A stretch of DNA of 64,000 bases from contig SXJP01000039.1 in NCBI GenBank assembly GCA_005779395.1, positions 22,603 through 86,602 of the forward strand, written 5' to 3'. A program made the position numbers and the translations under genes. Below the pieces are notes generated by a model. That model saw only the letters and a program-made list of their open reading frames with translations. It ran no database searches and was not told where the DNA came from. Positions within the stretch are counted from its first letter, which is position 1. Each line of letters begins with the position of its first letter. This document shows, one piece after another, positions 29,019 through 35,621 of this stretch. This stretch comes from Actinomycetota bacterium. Its GTDB lineage: Bacteria; Actinomycetota; Acidimicrobiia; IMCC26256; PALSA-610.

Positions 29019-30122
29019 ATGAAGGGTCTGATACTGGCCGGCGGTTCCGGCACCCGGCTTCGACCCATCACGCATACAGGCGCGAAGCAACTCGTCCCGA
29101 TTGCGAACAAGCCGATCATCTTCTACGGCATCGAAGCGATGGCTTCGGCTGGAATTACCGAAATTGGCGTTGTTGTAGGCGATAACAAGGACGAGTTCAT
29201 TACTGCGATGGGCGACGGTTCCCAGTTCGGAATCGAGATCACCTATATCCCGCAGGACGCACCACGGGGACTAGCTCACTGCGTTCTTATAGCAACGGAT
29301 TTCCTGGGTTCAGATGACTTCGTGATGTACCTCGGCGACAACATGTTGCAACAGGACCTTGCAGGGTTCGTCGATAAGTTCGAGCGTGAACGCAGCGCGC
29401 CACCAGAACTTCATGTTGAGCCGAAGCCAGCACCAGCAGCACAGATATTGCTCGCAGTCGTAGAAGATCCACGCCAATTTGGTGTTGCAGAGATTGGCCC
29501 ATCAGGAGAAGTCATTCGACTAATCGAGAAACCTGCAGACCCACCTAGCGATCTAGCGCTTGTCGGCGTGTACCTGTTTGATGAAAAAATTCATGAAGCC
29601 GTGCGCTCAATTAGCCCGAGCGAACGTGGCGAGCTGGAGATTACGGACGCCATCCAATGGCTTGCCGATCAGGGTCACCGAGTAGTACACGAAGTTCTCA
29701 ACGGTTGGTGGATCGACACAGGCAAAAAGGATCCACTTATCGAGTGCAACCGCTTGGTGCTCGAAACTCTCACACCTCGCAACGACGGCAAGATCGACGC
29801 GCAGAGCAAGATCGACGGACGGGTAGTTATCGAACAGGGTGCTGAACTCATAAACAGTTCTGTTCGAGGCCCAGCGATTATCGGACGCAATACCAAGCTC
29901 ATAGATACTTACGTCGGACCATTCACTTCCATCGCTTCTGATTGCACCGTTATCGACGCCGAGATAGAGCATTCTGTCGTGCTCGAACGGTGTCATATCG
30001 AAGGCGTCCATCGTCTTCAGGATTCCCTCATCGGCCGCGATGCAGAGGTAGTGCGCTCGTCTCTGCGACCGAAAGCGAGCAGATTGATGCTCGGCGACCA
30101 TTCACGCATCGAGTTGGAGTAG
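29019..30122 (+). CDS. rmlA: glucose-1-phosphate thymidylyltransferase (long form with C-terminal left-handed beta-helix)
   Basis: MKGLILAGGSGTRLRPITHTGAKQLVPIANKP N-terminus. At 367 aa it carries a hexapeptide-repeat-like C-terminal part. Confidence 0.9.
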   Translation: MKGLILAGGSGTRLRPITHTGAKQLVPIANKPIIFYGIEAMASAGITEIGVVVGDNKDEFITAMGDGSQFGIEITYIPQDAPRGLAHCVLIATDFLGSDDFVMYLGDNMLQQDLAGFVDKFERERSAPPELHVEPKPAPAAQILLAVVEDPRQFGVAEIGPSGEVIRLIEKPADPPSDLALVGVYLFDEKIHEAVRSISPSERGELEITDAIQWLADQGHRVVHEVLNGWWIDTGKKDPLIECNRLVLETLTPRNDGKIDAQSKIDGRVVIEQGAELINSSVRGPAIIGRNTKLIDTYVGPFTSIASDCTVIDAEIEHSVVLERCHIEGVHRLQDSLIGRDAEVVRSSLRPKASRLMLGDHSRIELE

Positions 30123-30130
30123 AAAAAGCC

Positions 30131-30697
30131 GTGGCCAAGCTGACCGAGTCGAATCTCATCAAAGGCGTGTTGCACGTTGAGCCAGTGGTACACGGCGACG
30201 AACGTGGTTTCTTCGTCGAGACATACCGCAGAGAATGGTTCCCGTTCGGTCGCGAGATGCTCCAGGGCAACCGTGGCGATCGCGCCGCTGGTTGTCTTGT
30301 CGGCCTGCACTATCACCTCCACCAGGCGGACTATTGGTATGTGCCGTACGGCACTGCGCGCGTCGTACTGCATGACCTTCGGCAGGGATCGCCGACAAAC
30401 GGCGTGACCGAATGCTTCGACCTCGGTGTCAACGCCGATGGCAAGAACGAACACCACGGTGTCTTCATCCCACCTGGTGTCGCCCACGGTTTTGCGAGCC
30501 TCACCGACATGACCATCACGTACCTCGTTGACAGCTACTACAACGCAGCCGACGAACTCGGAGTCGCGTGGAATGACCCAGAAATCAACGCTGACTGGGG
30601 CGTTACAGATCCGATACTTTCCAAGCGAGACCAGTCGAACCCGGAGAGGTCTGAACTAGGGCAACAGTGGCAGCCACACTTCGCGCTGCGCACCTAG
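30131..30697 (+). CDS. rmlC: dTDP-4-dehydrorhamnose 3,5-epimerase
   Basis: Cupin blocks HGDERGFF, GLHYH and GVAHGF. GTG 30131 lies just after the rmlA stop. The track ORF start (29942) lies inside rmlA. Confidence 0.88.
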   Translation: MAKLTESNLIKGVLHVEPVVHGDERGFFVETYRREWFPFGREMLQGNRGDRAAGCLVGLHYHLHQADYWYVPYGTARVVLHDLRQGSPTNGVTECFDLGVNADGKNEHHGVFIPPGVAHGFASLTDMTITYLVDSYYNAADELGVAWNDPEINADWGVTDPILSKRDQSNPERSELGQQWQPHFALRT

Positions 30698-30710
30698 GGG
30701 AGACACTGCC

Positions 30711-31670
30711 GTGAAGATGCTCGTTACCGGTGGGGCCGGATTCATTGGCTCGAACTTCGTCCGCTGGGTGTTCGCAAACACAGATGACGAAGTTGTTGTC
30801 TACGACGCGCTCACCTACGCAGGGAATCTCTCAACGCTGCGAGACGTCGACGACAACCCGCGCTTTTCGTTTGTACACGGCAACATCTGCGACCCAGGAC
30901 CGCTCGCTGCCTCTCTCAAGGGCTGTGACGCTGTTGTGCACTTCGCCGCAGAAAGTCACGTAGACCGCTCCATCGATGGCTCCGACGATTTCGTACACAC
31001 GAATTGTTTCGGCACCAACGTCGTTATGGACACAGCGCGTCGCGTCGGGGTGCCTCGCGCACTCCATGTCGGAACGGACGAGGTGTACGGCTCTGTCGAG
31101 GTCGGGTCATCGAAAGAATCAGACCCCCTCGAACCGCGTTCTCCTTACTCGGCGAGCAAAGCCGGTAGCGACCTCATCGCGCTCTCCTATCACCACACGC
31201 ATGGCCTCGATGTCGTCGTCACGCGTTGCACCAACAACTTCGGCGCATTCCAATATCCAGAAAAAGCGATCCCTCTATTTACAACGAACCTTCTCGACGA
31301 TAAGAAGATTCCGCTATACGGCGATGGCCTGAACGAGCGTGACTGGATCCACGTGGACGACCATTGCTCTGGCGTTTACACAGTGTTGCAACATGGAATC
31401 TCGGGCGAGATCTACAACATCGGTGCTGGCAATGAAACAACTAACAGGGTGCTCGTAGACAAACTGCTGGCACTAAATGGCTGTGGCGAAGAGATGGTCT
31501 CGTATGTCGCGGATCGCCTCGGGCATGACCGTCGTTATTCGGTTGATGTCGCAAAAGTTTCGGCCCTTGGATGGAAACGACAGCGCACCCTTGATGAGGC
31601 GTTAGAGCGCACTGTTGCGTGGTATGCCGATAATCGCTGGTGGTGGGAACCACTTCGGGCGAGGGGCTAA
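30711..31670 (+). CDS. rmlB: dTDP-glucose 4,6-dehydratase
   Basis: VTGGAGFIGSNFV Rossmann motif, YSASKAGSD catalytic motif, 319 aa. Confidence 0.95.
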   Translation: MKMLVTGGAGFIGSNFVRWVFANTDDEVVVYDALTYAGNLSTLRDVDDNPRFSFVHGNICDPGPLAASLKGCDAVVHFAAESHVDRSIDGSDDFVHTNCFGTNVVMDTARRVGVPRALHVGTDEVYGSVEVGSSKESDPLEPRSPYSASKAGSDLIALSYHHTHGLDVVVTRCTNNFGAFQYPEKAIPLFTTNLLDDKKIPLYGDGLNERDWIHVDDHCSGVYTVLQHGISGEIYNIGAGNETTNRVLVDKLLALNGCGEEMVSYVADRLGHDRRYSVDVAKVSALGWKRQRTLDEALERTVAWYADNRWWWEPLRARG

Positions 31671-31674
31671 CGCG

Positions 31675-32526
31675 ATGCGCCTCGTAGTTACTGGCGCGGG
31701 CGGGATGCTCGGCCAAGAAGTCGTCGGTATCTCGACCGGCGTCCATGAAATCCTCGCCTTTGACCATGCATCGCTCGATATCGGTGACGCCGCCGCAGTC
31801 AGTGCGACCCTCGATGCAAGCGGCGCTGAATGCATCATCAATTGCGCCGCATACACGGCTGTCGACAACTGTGAAAGCAACACTGAAACGGCGTACCGCA
31901 TCAACAGCGACGGCCCAGCAAATCTCGCTGCAGTTGCGCACCGACTAGGCGCACGACTAGTTCATGTCTCAACTGATTACGTTTTCGATGGCACGAAGCC
32001 AACTCCGTACGTCGAAACTGACAAGACCAACCCGCAATCGGTGTACGGAGCGTCGAAACTCAGCGGGGAACACGCCGTGCTCGAACTTGGTCACGCCGGC
32101 ATTGTCGCTCGGACTGCATGGGTGTTCGGTCAACACGGAGCGAACATGGTCAAGACTGTTCTACGTATCAAAGACACCGTTCCGACCTTAAGCTTCGTAG
32201 ACGACCAACGTGGCTCTCCTACGAGTGCAGCTGACCTTGCAACGATGCTCATAGCACTCGCCGATTCAAAGCACTCTGGACTATTTCATGTGACAAACGC
32301 TGGCAACGTCAGCTGGTTCGAGTTTGTCCAACAGATCTTGGCGCTCACAGGTGATGACCCTGCTCGTGTGCTTCCGATAAAGACGTCGGATCTCAGTCCC
32401 CCACGCCCGGCGCCACGCCCAGCAAACAGCGTCTTAGATAATGCCGCGTTGCGAGCCTGCGGGCTCGCTCCCTTGCGGAGCTACGAAGCCGCACTCGCGG
32501 ACGTAATCACCCAGCTAACGATCTGA
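31675..32526 (+). CDS. rmlD: dTDP-4-dehydrorhamnose reductase
   Basis: ATG 31675 gives MRLVVTGAGGMLG. YGASKLSGE catalytic motif, 283 aa. Confidence 0.93.
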   Translation: MRLVVTGAGGMLGQEVVGISTGVHEILAFDHASLDIGDAAAVSATLDASGAECIINCAAYTAVDNCESNTETAYRINSDGPANLAAVAHRLGARLVHVSTDYVFDGTKPTPYVETDKTNPQSVYGASKLSGEHAVLELGHAGIVARTAWVFGQHGANMVKTVLRIKDTVPTLSFVDDQRGSPTSAADLATMLIALADSKHSGLFHVTNAGNVSWFEFVQQILALTGDDPARVLPIKTSDLSPPRPAPRPANSVLDNAALRACGLAPLRSYEAALADVITQLTI

Positions 32527-32808
32527 TGCCGGTGCTTCTGCACGTATGCGTCGTTGCATTAATGCGCGCACGGCACCATCGAAAATCACTAGAGGGATAA
32601 GTATTCGCGTAGCTGCTGAGACCTCGTCAAGAAGCCACGACAGGTAGGCAGCCGCCGAAAACAATGCGACGAGAGCGACAGCGAGGCCAGCTTGTTGGCG
32701 TAGAGCGCTGCCTCTCTTGGGCACCGGAAACCGCTCTGGATCCCGATACAACATCAGTATCAAAAAGACTACGAGCCAGATTACAATTTGGCTTTCAACC
32801 AAGTACAT
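32515..32808 (-). CDS. small 3-TM membrane protein, partner/immunity-like paralogue I5
   Basis: ATG 32808 has GGTGGA 7 nt upstream. Three hydrophobic segments and a basic tail (MQRRIR). It shares its architecture with I1-I4. Confidence 0.55.
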   Translation of the reverse strand: MYLVESQIVIWLVVFLILMLYRDPERFPVPKRGSALRQQAGLAVALVALFSAAAYLSWLLDEVSAATRILIPLVIFDGAVRALMQRRIRAEAPASDR

Positions 32809-32830
32809 CACTTAGTCCACCTACATGTGT

Positions 32831-33136
32831 TCAGTATCCAACCAACTTTCGATTGCGCCTAGCCGACAAGAATATGTCGAGAGCAATCAGCGGAACTCCT
32901 GACACATACTCAAATCCCCAACGGATATTCACCAAATCGATGTGCAGAATCGCGACGACGCCGTAGACACCCGTCAGCACAAATGCCCCAGCAAAATATG
33001 CAACAAACAACGGGAATACGACCGGCAATTTCTCGGGTTTCGAACCGCACTTACAAAAAGGATTGGGAAACATTCGGTCGCTAGTGCGCATCACAAGTAC
33101 GAAATAGCCAAGTAGCAAGATCACAGCGCGCTGCAC
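32831..33136 (-). CDS. small 3-TM membrane protein, partner/immunity-like paralogue I4
   Basis: GTG 33136, 101 aa, hydrophobic segments and a basic tail (SARRNRK). Its RBS is the weakest of the five. Confidence 0.5.
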   Translation of the reverse strand: MQRAVILLLGYFVLVMRTSDRMFPNPFCKCGSKPEKLPVVFPLFVAYFAGAFVLTGVYGVVAILHIDLVNIRWGFEYVSGVPLIALDIFLSARRNRKLVGY

Positions 33137-33197
33137 CTGCCGTTGCTATCGAGTACTCGTTGGCGGGTCACTCCAACTTGCAGTCCTGTGCGAGGCA

Positions 33198-33464
33198 TCA
33201 TGACGCGGGCGTTCGGCGCCGACGGCGCCAGCCCGAAGCGTCCTGGAGAGCGAACAACCCAACTAGCGGAAGAGTCGAGAGTTCAACGAGATACCACTCT
33301 GCGCCCTCGAAAATATAGAAGTACCCCACAAACCACACTGCCGCCGCGACGACAATACGAATACGAGATGCAAGCGGCGGTTTCGGCCGTTTCGCATTCC
33401 AACCTTCGCCACGCCTCACGTTACTGATGATGTCGAAAACCGAACATATGAGTAGAAAAATCAT
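33198..33464 (-). CDS. small 3-TM membrane protein, partner/immunity-like paralogue I3
   Basis: ATG 33464 has GGAGG 6 nt upstream. 88 aa with three hydrophobic segments and tail SGWRRRRR. Confidence 0.6.
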   Translation of the reverse strand: MIFLLICSVFDIISNVRRGEGWNAKRPKPPLASRIRIVVAAAVWFVGYFYIFEGAEWYLVELSTLPLVGLFALQDASGWRRRRRTPAS

Positions 33465-33509
33465 CGCCTGCCTCCAATCACCTTCTGCCTCGAGGGCCTT
33501 CGTGCAGTA

Positions 33510-33686
33510 CTAGTTCTTCTTCGCAACATCTTTGAAGTCGATACCGCCATCTTTGGTTGCTCCTACACCGACTTTCATAGTGAGGCAGCCGTCTGGTTTG
33601 CGCTCGACCGCTTCTTCAAGATCGTTCGAAGTGTCGTTCATCCACGACACAGACAATTCCTCGCCATCGATGGGATGTCGGTTCAA
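33510..33686 (-). pseudogene. orphan C-terminal module (copy A3) of the effector-like family, ended by in-frame TAG
   Basis: My own translation (58 codons, so below the track cut-off) gives LNRHPIDGEELSVSWMNDTSNDLEEAVERKPDGCLTMKVGVGATKDGGIDFKDVAKKN*. This is homologous to the last ~55 aa of A1 and A2. The stop falls before the conserved YC. Confidence 0.6.
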
Positions 33687-33964
33687 TTAGGAGGCCGAGA
33701 AGCGGACCGAACAGAGTTTGCATACCGTCGTTGCCATACGTGTACGGCAAAAAAGACAACCAGACCCGGCGACATCGCAAGTTCACGCATGTACCAATCC
33801 TGGTTTGGTGGGGCGAGCTCTACCGCCAAGAGAACGGGCGCTATCCACGCTAAAGAAAGCACTCTCAGAGGTAGAGGAAGGAACGAAAAATCGAATCCAG
33901 GAAATGAACCACGTGCGAGGCGACTGATAACTGCAAAAACGATTACAACCAATATCGTGATCAT
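33683..33964 (-). CDS. small 3-TM membrane protein, partner/immunity-like paralogue I2
   Basis: ATG 33964 is preceded by TAGGAG, which overlaps the A2 stop. 93 aa with three hydrophobic segments and tail HVWQRRY. Confidence 0.6.
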   Translation of the reverse strand: MITILVVIVFAVISRLARGSFPGFDFSFLPLPLRVLSLAWIAPVLLAVELAPPNQDWYMRELAMSPGLVVFFAVHVWQRRYANSVRSASRPPN

Positions 33965-33976
33965 TGCTTGCTTCTC

Positions 33977-34435
33977 CTAGTCCTCCTGCGCGATGGCTTT
34001 GGCGCAATAAGTGTTTTTGCGGCCGACATCATTGAAATCAATTCCCCCATCAATCGCGGCACCAGGGCCAGCCTTCATCGTCAAGCAGCCGTCCGGTTTG
34101 CGACCGATTGCCTCCATCACGTTCTTCGTTATGTCCTTCTTCCACCAGTCCCATTACGTGAAACACAATGCAGCAATCGCCGCTGCGATAGCGATTGCGA
34201 GCCCCGCCGAGGCGGCCGCCGTAGCGACTCCGAGCACGATGGATATCAGCACACAAGCTCTCGAAATCACGTCCCCAATAGTCGTGGCACCCTCGAGGTG
34301 GCGATGGAAATATGCAGTGAACCTAGGGCTGAAGTAGACGGTGCCTGTTGTCCAACCGGCGTTGAAATACCAGCCGTAACCCCAGATCGTGTCACCGACT
34401 TGCAGGCCCATTGGCTTTCCGACTGTCGGCATCAC
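33977..34435 (-). pseudogene. effector-like paralogue A2, 5'-truncated and interrupted by in-frame TAA (34154-34156)
   Basis: The track ORF 34154-34435 plus my translation of 33977-34153 in the same frame reads ...AAIAALCFT*WDWWKKDITKNVMEAIGRKPDGCLTMKAGPGAAIDGGIDFNDVGRKNTYCAKAIAQED*. This is collinear with A1. Confidence 0.7.
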
Positions 34436-34538
34436 TCCGTGGCCCTTGTTCGCAATTCCTCTACCAACTCGCGTTCTGCGAGGTGCCTAATTGCCAGAAA
34501 TCGTAAAAACGCGAGCGGTACCCACATGGCGGTCCTTA

Positions 34539-34832
34539 CTAGCTCGCAGCCGCCACTGCGCGAGCGGCGGCACTCAACGATCTCAAATATCGACGACGCC
34601 AGGTGTCGATCGCTACAAAGAACAGCGCCGCGGGCACTAGCGACAGGTTCTGTGGCAACGAATCAGAATTGTCCGCGAGCCACGGCGGAATTCCGATCAT
34701 CAACAAGAAGGCGACAACGTTCGGCAATTCACTCAGGCGCCAAGAAGCGAGCGAATAGTCGACGATTGGCTTGTCACGCTCCAACCACCGTCGCAGTGCG
34801 AGAAAACCTAAAAATGCATAGACGACGTACAT
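34539..34832 (-). CDS. small 3-TM membrane protein, partner/immunity-like paralogue I1
   Basis: ATG 34832 is preceded by GAGGAGG, which overlaps the A1 stop. 97 aa with three hydrophobic segments and tail DTWRRRY. Confidence 0.65.
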   Translation of the reverse strand: MYVVYAFLGFLALRRWLERDKPIVDYSLASWRLSELPNVVAFLLMIGIPPWLADNSDSLPQNLSLVPAALFFVAIDTWRRRYLRSLSAAARAVAAAS

Positions 34833-34843
34833 ATCTTTCCTCC

Positions 34844-35413
34844 TCAGCCTTCCTGATTCTTCGCTTCGGTGCAGTACTTGTTTTTTCTTGCTACGTCGTT
34901 GAAGTCAATGCCGCCGTTGTCGGCTGTGCCATAACCGACCTTCATCGTGAGACATCCGTCTGGTTTCCGGGCAATAGCTTGCTCAATATTGTTTGAAATG
35001 TCATCAGTCCACCAGTCCCATACGAAACCGCACACTGCGCCTAAAACGCCCGCGACGATCGCGGCGGCCCCTCCCTTGCTAGCTACGAGCCCGGACAGCC
35101 ATAGGCAAACATTCATAACCTTGTTCGCGATTTCGAGTTCGTCGTCAAGACTGCGCTCTAAGTAGGCAGTGAATCGTGGGCTGAAGTAAACGGTTGCACT
35201 GATCCAACCGGCGTTGAAATACCAGCCGTAGCTCCAGATTGCGTTCCCGACTTGTAGGCCCATTGGCTGCGGTCGTGCGGGATACTCACCTTGTCCCTTA
35301 TTGCGAGCGGCGCCGCCCGCAGTTGCATCAACCGAGATCTCCTCACTCGCTACGCCCGCTACCGCTGATTCACGTGAGAGAGAGAAAGTCTGCTCGACTT
35401 TCATCTGGTGCAA
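34844..35413 (-). CDS. effector-like protein A1 (uncharacterised family: W/Y/G-rich N-domain, Gly/Ala-rich hydrophobic hairpin, WDWW, Cys-pair C-domain)
   Basis: 189-aa ORF (TTG 35413 / ATG 35404, no SD). It is the only copy without an internal stop and has paralogues at 33977-34435 and 33510-33686. I recognise no named family. Confidence 0.65.
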   Translation of the reverse strand: MHQMKVEQTFSLSRESAVAGVASEEISVDATAGGAARNKGQGEYPARPQPMGLQVGNAIWSYGWYFNAGWISATVYFSPRFTAYLERSLDDELEIANKVMNVCLWLSGLVASKGGAAAIVAGVLGAVCGFVWDWWTDDISNNIEQAIARKPDGCLTMKVGYGTADNGGIDFNDVARKNKYCTEAKNQEG

Positions 35414-35483
35414 CTAACAAACACCCGGTTGCTGCAACTGTTGCAGCAAGAGTTCGTGCAACATATTTCTTTAGACAATTCAT
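35370..35483 (-). other. 37-codon leader ORF encoding a Sec/lipoprotein-type signal peptide, out of frame (+1) with A1
   Basis: GGAG lies 8 nt upstream of ATG 35483, which opens MNCLKKYVARTLAATVAATGCLLVAPDESRADFLSLT*. The ORF overlaps the A1 ORF by 44 nt. Confidence 0.45.
35376..35385 (-). repeat. (TC)5 dinucleotide tract on the coding strand (GAGAGAGAGA on the plus strand)
   Basis: Read directly from the sequence. It lies inside the 41-nt window in which a net +2/-1 nt change would fuse the leader ORF to A1. Confidence 0.9.
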
Positions 35484-35515
35484 TTAGACATCTCCAACCT
35501 GTTCGGTCCCCGCGG

Positions 35516-35558
35516 ATCTGACAAGCGGAAGTTTATCAGGCAATAGACAGATTGTCTA
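35516..35558 (-). promoter_or_regulatory. candidate promoter (TTGCCT-16 nt-TCAGAT) abutted by palindrome TAGACAgatTGTCTA
   Basis: The -35-like and -10-like hexamers lie upstream of the leader ORF on the minus strand. A perfect 6+6 palindrome at 35544-35558 sits directly next to the -35 element. The same TAGACA half-site recurs at 35472-35477 and 35485-35490. Confidence 0.25.
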
Positions 35559-35621
35559 GGACAAAATGGTTAGGAGCTGGGCTTCAGAAGGCGCGTAGCG
35601 AGGCAGCGCCACGCTCACTAG

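Noticed and set aside
34468-34515. An 8-bp inverted repeat CTCGCGTT...AACGCGAG with a 32-nt spacer between I1 and A2, considered as a possible terminator.
   Set aside because: The loop is large and no U-run follows the second arm on the transcribed strand, so it is not a canonical intrinsic terminator. Its function is undetermined.
33968-34996. A 342-aa plus-strand ORF spanning the accessory island.
   Set aside because: Its translation is R/S/C-rich and unstructured with no motifs. It runs antisense to paralogue-conserved minus-strand ORFs that have strong RBSs, so it is a shadow ORF.
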